Positions 15,768 through 25,199 of a stretch of DNA of 32,000 nt are shown in pieces. Numbering within the stretch: position 1 is the first letter of the stretch; each line of letters begins with the position of its first letter. A program made the position numbers and the translations under genes. The notes under the pieces are model-generated. The model searched no databases. It saw nothing but the letters and a program-made list of their open reading frames with translations, and had not been told where the DNA came from. The DNA is taken from positions 1,080,001-1,112,000 of the forward strand of contig NZ_CP019384.1 of NCBI RefSeq assembly GCF_004102945.1, given 5' to 3'. This DNA is from Candidatus Velamenicoccus archaeovorus. GTDB taxonomy: Bacteria > Omnitrophota > Gorgyraeia > Velamenicoccales > Velamenicoccaceae.

Positions 15768-16766
15768 CTACCCCATCAACGTATCCAGGCACGCCCGCTT
15801 GCTGCTTTTGCCGGCCTCAAGCAGACGAACGCCAAGGCTCGCCACCATGGCAGCGTTGTCCAGACAATATGCTTTCGGCGCCAGCCGAAGCTCTATATTC
15901 CTCTGGCGCGTCTCTTCCTGAAGCCGGGAACGCAATGCCGTGTTGAACGCGACCCCTCCGCCCACAGCCAAAAGCCTGCTGTGGCTTTTTTGCGCCAAGC
16001 GGCAGGCCTTGCCGACTAGGTCTTCGACGACTGCAGACTGGAATGACGCGGTCAGGTCCGCGACCGTCGCCGGAGAAAGCCTGCCATACAGCTTTTTTAA
16101 ATCCCGGGCTTTATAAAGAACGGCTGTCTTGATGCCGCTGAAACTGAAATCAAACCCCGGCCCGCAATCGCAGCGGAACCGGAATGCTTCACTGGAGCCC
16201 TTGCGGGCTGCCGCCTCGATGGCCGGTCCTCCGGGATACCCCAGGCCGAGAATCTTGGCCACTTTATCAAAGGCCTCGCCGGCGGCATCGTCGCGGGTCG
16301 ACCCTACCAGTTTCTCGCGGCCGATACCTGTGACCTCGTAAAGACTGGTATGCCCGCCTGAAACAACAAGACCCGTGAAGGGGAAAGATATCCCGCTTCC
16401 GATAAAAGCGGCGTAAAGATGGGCCTGTAAATGATTGATGCCGATGAGCGGAACCCGCCAGGCCAGGCTGAGTGCCCGCGCAAAAGACAACCCCACAAGC
16501 AGAGAACCGATCAGGCCGGGCCCCTGAGTGACGGCAATAGCATCCATCTCGCCGGCCTTCAGGCGGGCCTTTTCCATCGCTTCGCGCACGACCGCGCAGA
16601 TAAATTCCATCTGGGCGCGCGAAGCGATCTCCGGGATGATCCCGCCATAGGGCGCATGTTGCGCCAAGCTTGAGGCGACTACATTGGAAACGACATCTCC
16701 GGCGCCCCGCACCACAGAAGCGCCTGTCTCATCGCAGGATGTTTCGATACCCAAAACGTTCAACAA
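15768..16766 (-). CDS. tsaD: tRNA N6-adenosine threonylcarbamoyltransferase TsaD
   Basis: 332 aa. LGIETSCDETGASVV, HLQAHLYA, VSGGHT and GGGVAFN match TsaD/Kae1. It has a TTG start preceded by GAGGGGGGG. Confidence 0.92.
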   Translation of the reverse strand: MLNVLGIETSCDETGASVVRGAGDVVSNVVASSLAQHAPYGGIIPEIASRAQMEFICAVVREAMEKARLKAGEMDAIAVTQGPGLIGSLLVGLSFARALSLAWRVPLIGINHLQAHLYAAFIGSGISFPFTGLVVSGGHTSLYEVTGIGREKLVGSTRDDAAGEAFDKVAKILGLGYPGGPAIEAAARKGSSEAFRFRCDCGPGFDFSFSGIKTAVLYKARDLKKLYGRLSPATVADLTASFQSAVVEDLVGKACRLAQKSHSRLLAVGGGVAFNTALRSRLQEETRQRNIELRLAPKAYCLDNAAMVASLGVRLLEAGKSSKRACLDTLMG

Positions 16767-16775
16767 TGCCCCCCC

Positions 16776-17693
16776 TCAAGGGTTTTTGACGGCATCCGAT
16801 ACTTCTATAAATTCATACCCTTGTCTCTGCAGAAAAGGGATCATTTCCTTCAAAACAGCGATAGTATTGGGACGGTCGTGCCCGATGCCGACGGCCACGC
16901 CGTTCTGCCGGGCCAAATGCGCCAATTTCATCAGCTGTTCACGGATCGATGCCGGATCAGTGCTGTTATCGAGGAAAACGTCCCGGCTGGCGAATTTCTC
17001 ATGCAAGGTTTTGGCGACCGAACGAGCAATACTCTTGGGCGCCGTCATGCTGTCCACAAAAAATAAATCACGGTCTTTAAGATATCCCAGGACGATACGC
17101 ATCATGCGCGCATCCCCCGTCGCCTTGGAACCCATATGGTTATTGATCCCTTTGGCGTAAGGAATCTCTGAAAAGGCCTTGTCCAGGATATGGACGATCT
17201 GGGAGGCATTCATCGTCGTCAGAAGCGTATTCGCCTCCAGGCCGTACTGTTCCTTGTGAAGAGGCTCCATGGGCATATGAATAATCACTTCCTTGCCGTG
17301 AAAATGGGCCAATTCGGCCACTTTTTTGGAATATTCCTGGAAAGGCAAAATAGCCAAGGTCAGATGATAATTATTATCCGTTATGATGCTTTTGTTTTTC
17401 AGGCTGTATCCCCAATCATCGATGATCAGAGCGATCTTGCCGACAGCCGGAACCGGGACCGGCGCTTCCTCTCCAGCGGGTGGCAGGGGTTTCACTTCTC
17501 CAGGAAAGACTGCAGGAAACTTCCCGCCGGGCTTGGCGGCTGTGCGCGTCACCGCCGAAGGCCTCCTTACCGCAGGGGCCGGCCGTCGCAGAAGATAAAA
17601 AAGAATGAGTGACTGAAGAATGACGAGGATGGAAAGAAGCAGAATGACAAAATTCTTGGCGTTATTCATGAGACGCTTTCTTCCCTGCAGCAT
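16776..17693 (-). CDS. Divergent polysaccharide deacetylase family protein (YibQ-like)
   Basis: An N-terminal TM helix is followed by IALIIDDWGY, LAILPF, IIHMPMEP and GINNHMGSKATGD, characteristic of Polysacc_deac_2/YibQ. An alternative start at ATG 17669 (MNNAKNF) would overlap the ctpA stop by 8 nt. Confidence 0.8.
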   Translation of the reverse strand: MLQGRKRLMNNAKNFVILLLSILVILQSLILFYLLRRPAPAVRRPSAVTRTAAKPGGKFPAVFPGEVKPLPPAGEEAPVPVPAVGKIALIIDDWGYSLKNKSIITDNNYHLTLAILPFQEYSKKVAELAHFHGKEVIIHMPMEPLHKEQYGLEANTLLTTMNASQIVHILDKAFSEIPYAKGINNHMGSKATGDARMMRIVLGYLKDRDLFFVDSMTAPKSIARSVAKTLHEKFASRDVFLDNSTDPASIREQLMKLAHLARQNGVAVGIGHDRPNTIAVLKEMIPFLQRQGYEFIEVSDAVKNP

Positions 17694-18984
17694 CCGGGCC
17701 AGCAGATGCCGCAGGCTTCAGCATCTGCTGGTAAACCTTGATCCCCTTGATGATGTCGACAGCGCGCGATAAAGCCTGATCGTGCTGGTAAAGCTTGGCC
17801 AAAGCGGTAGAATCCGTTTTCTTCTCAACGCCTTCAAAAATCTCTTCCAGCGTGGTTTCTTTTTCCGGGGCATCCATCTCTGCAGAAGATACCTCGGGAA
17901 CGATCACGTCGGGCGTAACGCCCTTTTCATGGATCGAAGCGCCCAGGGGCGTGTAATAGCGGCTTGTCGTCAGCTTCAATGCCGAACCGTCACGCAAAGG
18001 CAGGACCGTCTGGACCGATCCCTTACCGAATGTCTGGGAACCGACAATGATGGCCCTTTTCTGGTCCTGGAGGCAACCGGCCAATATCTCGCTACCGGAA
18101 GCACTCCCTTCGTTGACCAAAACCACCAGAGGCATGTCTTTATAGAGCGGCCCCGAACGGGATGTAAAAACCTCGTCCTGCGAAGGATCGCGGCCCTTGA
18201 TGGAAACGATCACCTCTCCCTTGGGGACAAAACGCTCAGTCACTTCCACGGCCTTATCCAAAAGGCCTCCCGGATTATTGCGGAGGTCGAGGATCAGCGC
18301 ATTCATCCCTTTTGACTTGAGATCCGCCAAAGCCCGGTCGAAATGACGAGGCGTCTCTTCGCTGAATTCGACGAGTTTGATATAAGCGACACCCTGTTCG
18401 AGAAGCTGGGTTTCCTTGATATCCCTGATCTCGATGGTCGCCCTCGTGATCTTGAATGTCAAAAGCTTCGCTTCTTTTTCGCGCCAGACCGCCAAAGTCA
18501 CCCCCGTCCCCGGCTTGCCGCGGAGCATCTTGACGGCCTGATTGAGCGTGACGTCCCTCAACACGGTGTCGTCGATCTTGACGATACGGTCATTGGGCTG
18601 CAATCCTGCCTCCCATGCCGGCGTTCCTTCGATCGGCGTAATGACGGTAACCAGGTGGTCCTTGAGCGTGATTTCGATGCCGATGCCCCCGAAATGCCCC
18701 GACGTGTCCGCCATCAAATCCTCATATTCTTCAGGCGTCAAAAACTGGCTATGAGGATCCAGGTTTCCCAGCAACCCCGCCAGCGCTCCGTAAATCAGAT
18801 CTTTGGGCGGCACCTCGTCCACATAATGCGCCTCCACAAAAGCGAGGGCGTCAGCAAAAATTTCCAGTTCCTTATACGTCTCATTTCGGCGGGCCTGGTT
18901 GATGGCTGTCATGCCGAAATTCGCCACCGCCAGCGCAAGAAATACAGCCATGATCCACACACAGACCCTGAGGACCCTTTTCAT
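17662..18984 (-). CDS. ctpA: Carboxy-terminal processing peptidase (S41 family, PDZ-containing)
   Basis: 440 aa with an N-terminal TM/signal segment and a PDZ region (GGIGIEI...PAWEAGLQPNDRIVKID). The catalytic blocks are LDLRNNPGG, GSASGSEILAG and FGKGSVQ. Confidence 0.88.
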   Translation of the reverse strand: MKRVLRVCVWIMAVFLALAVANFGMTAINQARRNETYKELEIFADALAFVEAHYVDEVPPKDLIYGALAGLLGNLDPHSQFLTPEEYEDLMADTSGHFGGIGIEITLKDHLVTVITPIEGTPAWEAGLQPNDRIVKIDDTVLRDVTLNQAVKMLRGKPGTGVTLAVWREKEAKLLTFKITRATIEIRDIKETQLLEQGVAYIKLVEFSEETPRHFDRALADLKSKGMNALILDLRNNPGGLLDKAVEVTERFVPKGEVIVSIKGRDPSQDEVFTSRSGPLYKDMPLVVLVNEGSASGSEILAGCLQDQKRAIIVGSQTFGKGSVQTVLPLRDGSALKLTTSRYYTPLGASIHEKGVTPDVIVPEVSSAEMDAPEKETTLEEIFEGVEKKTDSTALAKLYQHDQALSRAVDIIKGIKVYQQMLKPAASAGPDAAGKKASHE

Positions 18985-20411
18985 GCCTTCAACCTTTCGA
19001 TCAGCATCTCTCTGGCCGTCTTCGGATTGGCTTTGCCCCTGGACAGACGCATCACCTGGCCGACCAGAAACATCACGGCGTTTTCCTTACCGGCCTTGAA
19101 GTCATCGACGGATTTCTTGTTGGCGGCAATAACCTCTTCAATCACGGCCGACAGGCTCCCCGCATCCGAAACCTGGGCAAGATTCTCTTCTTCCACGATC
19201 TTGGCGGCGGGCTTGCCGCTCTCAAGCATTTCCTGCAGGACCTCTTTGCCGGCGAGTTGACTGATCTTGCCGGTTTCAACAAGATCAATAAGCTCTGTGA
19301 GAAAAGCGGGGCTCAGACGCAATCCTGCGATATCCTGCCCGCGGGAATTCATCTGGAACGAAACAGGCCCGATCAACCAATGGGCGATTTTTTTAGGGTT
19401 ATCATAAAGCTTCAGGCATGCCTCAAAGAAATCCGCAAGGCTTTTGGCGGCCGTCAACGTCGCGGCATCCTTGTCGGAAAAACCGAAAGACGCGACAAAA
19501 CGACCGCGCTTTTCTTTGGGCAGCTCCGGCAACCCCTGCCTCGCTTCTTCGATCTCGGAAGCCGAGATCACAAAAGGCGGCAGGTCGGGCTCCGGGAAAT
19601 AGCGGTAATCATGCGCCTCTTCCTTGGACCTCATCGGTAACGTCATCTGTTTCTTTTCATTCCACAGCCGCGTCTCCTGAACGACAAGCCTGCCGTCGCC
19701 CAGCTCGGCCTCCTGACGCCTGATCTCATAATCGAGGGCGAGACGCACGGCGCGGAAAGAATTCATGTTTTTAAGTTCCGATTTGACGCCGAGGCCCGTG
19801 GTCCCGGCCGGCCTCAAAGAGACGTTCGCATCGCAACGCAGGCTCCCCTTCTCCATATCGCAGTCGGAAATATCCAGATACTGCAGGATCAGCTTCAGGT
19901 CTGTCAGGTAAGCATAAGCTTCATCAGGAGAGTGAAGGTCGGGCTCGCTGACGATCTCCAGAAGCGGCGTGCCGGCCCGGTTGTAATCCACGAGACTATC
20001 CGCGCCTTCCTCGGGATGGATCAATTTGCCGGCATCCTCTTCCAGATGCACGCGCTTGATCCTGATATGTTTCGTGCCGTCCTCCAGAGAAATATCAAGG
20101 CTTCCGTGCTCGGAGAACGGCATATCATATTGGGAAATCTGAAAATTTTTCGGCAGGTCAGGATAATAATAATTCTTGCGGTCGAATTTCGTGAATGACC
20201 GCACCTGACACCCCAGGGCGAGGGCGACTTTCAACGCAGCCTTCAAGGCCTTTTCGTTCAAGACGGGCAGCGACCCCGGCAAACCCAGGCAAACCGGACA
20301 GATATTCGAATTTTCTTTCGATCCGAAAACGTTGGCACAGCCGCAAAATGCCTTAGTCGCGGTTTTAAGCTGCACGTGGACTTCCAGGCCTATGACAGGT
20401 TCATATTTCAT
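18981..20411 (-). CDS. gatB: Asp/Glu-tRNA(Asn/Gln) amidotransferase subunit B
   Basis: 476 aa. MKYEPVIGLEVHVQL.T.TK.FC.C and the downstream GatB blocks are present. Its stop overlaps the ctpA start (ATGA). Confidence 0.95.
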   Translation of the reverse strand: MKYEPVIGLEVHVQLKTATKAFCGCANVFGSKENSNICPVCLGLPGSLPVLNEKALKAALKVALALGCQVRSFTKFDRKNYYYPDLPKNFQISQYDMPFSEHGSLDISLEDGTKHIRIKRVHLEEDAGKLIHPEEGADSLVDYNRAGTPLLEIVSEPDLHSPDEAYAYLTDLKLILQYLDISDCDMEKGSLRCDANVSLRPAGTTGLGVKSELKNMNSFRAVRLALDYEIRRQEAELGDGRLVVQETRLWNEKKQMTLPMRSKEEAHDYRYFPEPDLPPFVISASEIEEARQGLPELPKEKRGRFVASFGFSDKDAATLTAAKSLADFFEACLKLYDNPKKIAHWLIGPVSFQMNSRGQDIAGLRLSPAFLTELIDLVETGKISQLAGKEVLQEMLESGKPAAKIVEEENLAQVSDAGSLSAVIEEVIAANKKSVDDFKAGKENAVMFLVGQVMRLSRGKANPKTAREMLIERLKA

Positions 20412-20417
20412 ATTTTC

Positions 20418-21857
20418 TTATAGTTTCGGTTTTTGTTTATGCCAGGAAGTGCCCTGCTCATAATGGAAGGCCGCCCGGTAAAGGTCTGTCTCCCCAAAAG
20501 GCCGGCCGATCAGCTGCATGCCTACCGGCAGGCCGGATCCGGTAAAACCGCAAGGAACGGATATCGCGGGGACGCCTGCCAGATTGACGGAAATCGTATA
20601 GATGTCGGACAGATACATGCTCAAGGGGTTATCCATCTTTTCGCCGATCCTGAAGGCCGGCGTCGGAGACGTCGGCGTCAGCACCACGTCGTATTCCTTA
20701 AAGACCTTGTCGAAATCTTCCCTGATCAGCCTCCTGACCCTCGAAGCACGCAGATAATAAGCGTCATAATAACCGCTGGAGAGAACATATGTCCCGAGGA
20801 TCAGGCGGCGCTTGGCTTCCGCCCCGAATCCTTTATCGCGCGTTTCCTTATACATGCCCACAAGGGCCGATTCGTCCTTAGACCCTCCTGTCTGCCTTAG
20901 ACCGTATTGGACGCCGTCGAAACGCGCCAAATTCGAAGACGCTTCAGCCGTCGCAATGATGTAATACACCGCCACCGCATAATCCGTGTGGGGCAGGCGG
21001 ACTTCACCGAAACGCGCCCCAAGAGATTCCAGCTTTGCTTTCGCCTCCATCATCGCCTGCCGGACATCGGCGTCCATGCCTTCAACAAAATACTCCCGCG
21101 GGATGGCGACGCGCAAACCGCGGATGTCTTTCTCCATCTCGGCCAGATAATCCGGGACATCCATGTGGGCCGATGTCGCGTCGCGATCGTCATGCCCGGC
21201 AATAACACCCAGGACCAGGGCGTTATCCCGAACGTCCTTGGTGATAGGGCCGATCTGGTCGAGACTGGATGCAAAAGCAACCAGGCCGTAGCGCGACACA
21301 CGACCGTAGGTCGGTTTCATGCCGACGACGCCGCACAACGACGCCGGCTGACGGATGGAACCGCCCGTATCCGACCCCAGCGCGACGATCGCTTCGTCAG
21401 CCACCACGCAGGCACAGGAGCCGCCGCTCGAACCGCCGGGGACGCAATCCAGGTTCCACGGATTTCTCGTCGGATGAAAACAGGACGTTTCGCAGGAAGA
21501 ACCGAAAGCAAACTCGTCCATATTGGCCTTCCCCATGATCGAAGCCCCGCTTTTTTTAAGCCTCTCGACCACTGTCGCGTCATAGGGCGCGACAAACCCT
21601 TTAAGGATCTTCGAACAGCATTCTGTCAGGTCTCCCTGGCTGCAGATGTTGTCTTTGATGACGACAGGGATGCCTTTGAGGGCGCCGGCCGCGGCCCCAT
21701 CGCGATATTCGAAAGACGGCGGACGCGCAAAGGCCATGACTTTTTTCTCAACGGCTTCATAACGGCCGCGAAGGTCCGCCAGGATATCCTGCGGTTTGAC
21801 TGAACCGCGGTCCAGCCGCGACCTCAATTCCAGGGCCGTCAATGTATGCAGATTCAT
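20418..21857 (-). CDS. gatA: Glu-tRNA(Gln) amidotransferase subunit A
   Basis: 479 aa with the amidase signature GGSSGGSCACV...GSDTGGSIRQPA. ATG start verified at 21857. Confidence 0.95.
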   Translation of the reverse strand: MNLHTLTALELRSRLDRGSVKPQDILADLRGRYEAVEKKVMAFARPPSFEYRDGAAAGALKGIPVVIKDNICSQGDLTECCSKILKGFVAPYDATVVERLKKSGASIMGKANMDEFAFGSSCETSCFHPTRNPWNLDCVPGGSSGGSCACVVADEAIVALGSDTGGSIRQPASLCGVVGMKPTYGRVSRYGLVAFASSLDQIGPITKDVRDNALVLGVIAGHDDRDATSAHMDVPDYLAEMEKDIRGLRVAIPREYFVEGMDADVRQAMMEAKAKLESLGARFGEVRLPHTDYAVAVYYIIATAEASSNLARFDGVQYGLRQTGGSKDESALVGMYKETRDKGFGAEAKRRLILGTYVLSSGYYDAYYLRASRVRRLIREDFDKVFKEYDVVLTPTSPTPAFRIGEKMDNPLSMYLSDIYTISVNLAGVPAISVPCGFTGSGLPVGMQLIGRPFGETDLYRAAFHYEQGTSWHKQKPKL

Positions 21858-22054
21858 CCCGTTAGACCTCCCGAGTATGCGGATCTTCCAACAAAAATCG
21901 TTTTCTTCACGGCATTTTATGCTTGAGTTACATCAAAACGTCAGACGCAAGGTCTAACCCAGAAAGGGTAGGTCTCCGCATACCATATTAGAGGAGGACC
22001 TAACCGAGAAAAGGCAGGCCTCCGCATACCGCACACTAAGGAGGGCCTAACGGG
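21858..22054. mobile_element. 197-bp non-autonomous (MITE/REPIN-like) element with terminal inverted repeats and a 6-bp target-site duplication, inserted at the gatC/gatA junction
   Basis: The TIRs are CCCGTTAGACCTCCC (21858-21872) and GGAGGGCCTAACGGG (22040-22054). They match 12/15 as inverted repeats, and the outer 8 nt are identical. The flanking direct repeat is ATTCAT at 21852-21857 and 22055-22060. The interior holds two tandem Y modules (21958-22003, 22004-22050) and a large terminal hairpin. Confidence 0.8.
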
Positions 22055-22056
22055 AT

Positions 22057-22344
22057 TCATTCAATCACCTTGGGCACTTTATAGAACTGCCCCTGCGCGG
22101 CCGGCGCGATCTTCAGGACCGCCTGTGGATCGATGGATGGCGACACGCTGTCTTTCCGATAGACGTTCTTCAAGTCAAGAACGTGCGTCATCGGATCAAC
22201 ACGACTGACATCTACGGTTTTAAGCTTATCCACATATTCCAGAATGCTTTCCAGCTGACCCTGAAAATGCGATATTTCTTCCTCTGTCAATCCCAGCCTT
22301 GCCAGATGGGCTATGTGCTTGACGTCATCACGGGATATGGGCAT
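22057..22344 (-). CDS. gatC: Asp/Glu-tRNA(Asn/Gln) amidotransferase subunit C
   Basis: 95 aa. ISRDDVKHIAHLARLGLTEEE...F..QL..IL.YV..L matches GatC. Confidence 0.92.
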   Translation of the reverse strand: MPISRDDVKHIAHLARLGLTEEEISHFQGQLESILEYVDKLKTVDVSRVDPMTHVLDLKNVYRKDSVSPSIDPQAVLKIAPAAQGQFYKVPKVIE

Positions 22345-22422
22345 TTCTCCCTCTCGGTTTTAACCTTCGCGAAACAAACACAGAAAGATTTATATTATCA
22401 TTGACGCCGGAAAAAGTAAACC

Positions 22423-22449
22423 CCGTTAGAGAATTTCGTTCTGTAACGG
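22423..22449 (-). terminator. Candidate intrinsic terminator after rsmA
   Basis: Minus-strand RNA is CCGUUACAGAA-CGAAA-UUCUCUAACGG (10 bp plus 1 mismatch), followed by GGUUUACUUUUUCC. It lies 38 nt after the rsmA stop. The stem shares the CCGTTA...TAACGG ends seen in other hairpins here. Confidence 0.45.
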
Positions 22450-22487
22450 CTTGCGACGCCGCTGGCATGGAACACGGCCTCTTAAAG

Positions 22488-23297
22488 CTACCCAAAGATG
22501 CGATTACTCAGACGCGCAAACTCCTGCACCGGCACTGTTTGGGGCCTCCGCTCCAGGAGATCGTCTTCGCCAAGACGTCTAAGAAATGTCCTGCCCAGCA
22601 AACGCGACAGACTCGCCCTGAGCGTCTTGCGCCTCTGTCCGAATGACGCCCGGATCAGCCTGAAGAACTCTTCTTCCGATGAGCGCAAACATAGACGTTC
22701 CTTACGGTCACGACGCGGCACCAAGTGGATGAAAGCGGAATCTACCTTCGGCTTAGGCCTGAAACATGCAGGCGCAATGGCAAACAACACAGCCGCCTCG
22801 CAGTAATAATCGACGAAGCACGACAAAGACCCGTAAGACGGGTCACCGGCCTTGGCGATCAGGCGTTGTGCGACTTCCCTCTGGACCGTCAAGAAGATAT
22901 CATCGATGAGGTCGATCCTCCTAAAAAGATATTCGACGACCGGGGTGGTAATGTAATACGGCAGATTTGAGACGACCCTCACGCGATCCACCTTTTCCCG
23001 CCGCAAGAAATCCTCCAGATCAAACTTGAGGATGTCGGCACAGATCAGGGTCAGGCGAGAAATTCCCGCTGTCTGTGAAGAAAGACACGCGCACCGCTTT
23101 TTGTCGATCTCGACGGCGTAAACCCATCTCGAAGCAAAGGCCAGCTCAAGCGTCAATGCGCCGTCGCCCGGCCCGATCTCCAGAATACGATCTCCCGTAC
23201 CGGGATGCACAGCGGCAAGGATCTTTCTTTTAATATTAGGGTCAACGAGAAAATTCTGTCCGAAGCGTTTGAGGGGTCTCAGAGAAGAATATTTCAT
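22488..23297 (-). CDS. rsmA: 16S rRNA (adenine1518/1519-N6)-dimethyltransferase RsmA/KsgA
   Basis: KRFGQNFLVD, LEIGPGDGALT and SNLPYYITTP are present. I place the start at ATG 23297 (MKYSSLRPLKRFGQNF), which overlaps the pdxA TGA as ATGA. The track ORF's extra 11 codons lie inside pdxA. Confidence 0.92.
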   Translation of the reverse strand: MKYSSLRPLKRFGQNFLVDPNIKRKILAAVHPGTGDRILEIGPGDGALTLELAFASRWVYAVEIDKKRCACLSSQTAGISRLTLICADILKFDLEDFLRREKVDRVRVVSNLPYYITTPVVEYLFRRIDLIDDIFLTVQREVAQRLIAKAGDPSYGSLSCFVDYYCEAAVLFAIAPACFRPKPKVDSAFIHLVPRRDRKERLCLRSSEEEFFRLIRASFGQRRKTLRASLSRLLGRTFLRRLGEDDLLERRPQTVPVQEFARLSNRIFG

Positions 23298-24247
23298 CTG
23301 TCGGCGCGCCGGAGCCCGGCAAGGTCGCAAGCAAGCTCCAACGCCGCAAGCATCGAGCCTTCATCGGCCTTATTCTTTCCGGCGATATCATAAGCCGTGC
23401 CGTGGACCGGAGACGTCCGCACAACAGGCAGCCCTGCCGTCACATGGACGCCGCGGCTGAATTCCGTCATCTTGAAAGGAATCAAACCCTGGTCGTGATA
23501 CATCGCCATGACCATATCGCAGGCCCCGTCCCAGGCCCGGTGAAACAGGGCGTCCGCCGCCGCAGGTCCGCTGAAAGCGCCGCGGCATAAACGGTTGAGT
23601 TGTTTGACGGCCGGGGCGATCTGGGTAATCTCTTCTTTCCCGAACAACCCTTTCTCGCCGGCGTGCGGATTCAATCCGCAGACGGCAATGCGCGGAGACG
23701 CCAACCCGCACGTGCGGCGCAAAAAATCATAGATCAAAAGGCCGCAGGCGACAATCCTGTCCTTTTTTACGGCACGCACCGCGCACGCCAGGCTCATGTG
23801 CCGGGTGACCAAAACGACGCGCAGGCGCGACGAGACAAATACCATCTCCACCTGGGACGCACCCAGGGCATGAGCCAGGAATTCCGTATGGCCGGCCCAT
23901 CGAAATCCGACAGAACGCAAGACTTCCTTGGAGATCGGGGCAGTCACAAGCCCGTCGGCCTGGCCCGCGCGGACCATACGGACGGCTTCTTTAAGATATC
24001 CGTAGGCGGCTTTTGCGCCGGCACGCGACGGCTTCCCGGGATGCAAATGCCCCAGACCCGCATGGGCCATATCATGCAGACAAACACGGGCCGCAGGCCG
24101 AAAACCATGACGCCGCAAAATGCAGGCATCACCAATCAGATGGAACTCCGTATCCGCCTGCGGCTTCAGGCGCCGCAAGGCCTTGACAAGGACCTCCGCG
24201 CCGATACCTGCAGGATCCCCCATGGTCACAGCTATCCGCGTTTTCAT
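23294..24247 (-). CDS. pdxA: 4-hydroxythreonine-4-phosphate dehydrogenase PdxA
   Basis: 317 aa. IAVTMGDPAGIGAEV, GHTEFLA, LNPHAGE and MYHDQGLIPFK are present. It sits in the conserved surA-pdxA-rsmA order. Confidence 0.92.
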   Translation of the reverse strand: MKTRIAVTMGDPAGIGAEVLVKALRRLKPQADTEFHLIGDACILRRHGFRPAARVCLHDMAHAGLGHLHPGKPSRAGAKAAYGYLKEAVRMVRAGQADGLVTAPISKEVLRSVGFRWAGHTEFLAHALGASQVEMVFVSSRLRVVLVTRHMSLACAVRAVKKDRIVACGLLIYDFLRRTCGLASPRIAVCGLNPHAGEKGLFGKEEITQIAPAVKQLNRLCRGAFSGPAAADALFHRAWDGACDMVMAMYHDQGLIPFKMTEFSRGVHVTAGLPVVRTSPVHGTAYDIAGKNKADEGSMLAALELACDLAGLRRADR

Positions 24248-24273
24248 TAACCTTACCTTGTAAAAGAGAATGT

Positions 24274-25179
24274 CTATTGTCGAATGGAAATATAGGCCTT
24301 GTCTTTCAGATCTTCAATCCAGGCTTTCAGCAGCTTTTCGGATTTTTCGTTCGTAAGTATAGACTCAATCTTACCCTTGACCTCATCAAGGCTTTTTTCC
24401 ACCGGGGGCATCTTTTCCTTCACCAGAAAAATGTAATATCCGTTATCAAAAGCAAAAGGTTTTGACGGCTTGCCTATTTCACAGGCAAAAAGAAAATCCT
24501 CAAGCTCCTTCTTCAGCTGTCCCCGCGATACCGTACCCAGATCGCTCCGCTTTGAATATGTCTTGGACAATGCCGAAAAATCCTCTCCCGCCGTAAGCTT
24601 CTGCATGACCTCCTTAAGGACATCCTTATCTTCAACAAAAATAGACTGCACCACGACGGACTCCGGAACCATGAAACGGTCTTTGTGCTGCTCGTAGTAC
24701 TCGGTGACTTCCCGCGGAGAAACCTGCGTTTTATTCTTAATTTCCTTTTGCACGGCCATATAGATCAACAGCTGGTTTTTAAGCTTCTCTCTCAATTCCG
24801 TCAGGGATATCCCCTGGCTGGCCAGCGCTTGTTGAAATGCCATTTCGCTGCCGGCGCGGAACCGGATGTCCTTGATCCTATCCTCAATGATCTTCTCGTC
24901 GGCCTTGAGCTGCATTTTTTTCGCCTCCTGGAGGATAAGGCGGTCTTCGATCAAACGGTCCAGAAAATACCTGAATCTCTGCGTCTCGTCCTTCATGGCC
25001 GGCTCGGCTTCGCCGTCCAAGAGCGACATCTTGGTGAACATATCCAGTTCGTCCTGCGTGATCACGTCGCCGTTGACAATAGCGACAATGCGATCGATCC
25101 TCTCTGCGCGCGCAGAGACCGCCCCCCATATGGCCATCCACACAAAACCGGCCAAAACTACCATCGCCTTGATACGCAT
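24274..25179 (-). CDS. surA: SurA-like periplasmic chaperone/peptidyl-prolyl isomerase (single parvulin domain)
   Basis: It has a signal peptide, a SurA_N-like region (IDRIVAIVNGDVITQDELD) and a parvulin domain (FSALSKTYSKRSDLGTVSRGQL...FLF....G..S.PF....GYYIFLV). Synteny with pdxA-rsmA supports the call. Confidence 0.7.
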   Translation of the reverse strand: MRIKAMVVLAGFVWMAIWGAVSARAERIDRIVAIVNGDVITQDELDMFTKMSLLDGEAEPAMKDETQRFRYFLDRLIEDRLILQEAKKMQLKADEKIIEDRIKDIRFRAGSEMAFQQALASQGISLTELREKLKNQLLIYMAVQKEIKNKTQVSPREVTEYYEQHKDRFMVPESVVVQSIFVEDKDVLKEVMQKLTAGEDFSALSKTYSKRSDLGTVSRGQLKKELEDFLFACEIGKPSKPFAFDNGYYIFLVKEKMPPVEKSLDEVKGKIESILTNEKSEKLLKAWIEDLKDKAYISIRQ

Positions 25180-25199
25180 ACGCCTCCTTTAATGAACGG

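Noticed and set aside
22423-22449. Hairpins with CCGTTA...TAACGG ends at 22423-22449 and 29940-29970 as further TIR/TSD elements of the CCCGTTAG family.
   Set aside because: Their flanks show no matching direct repeats (GTAAAC versus CTTGCG; AACCCG versus CCCGTC). They may be TIR-only relatives or ordinary terminator hairpins. Membership is not demonstrable from this window.
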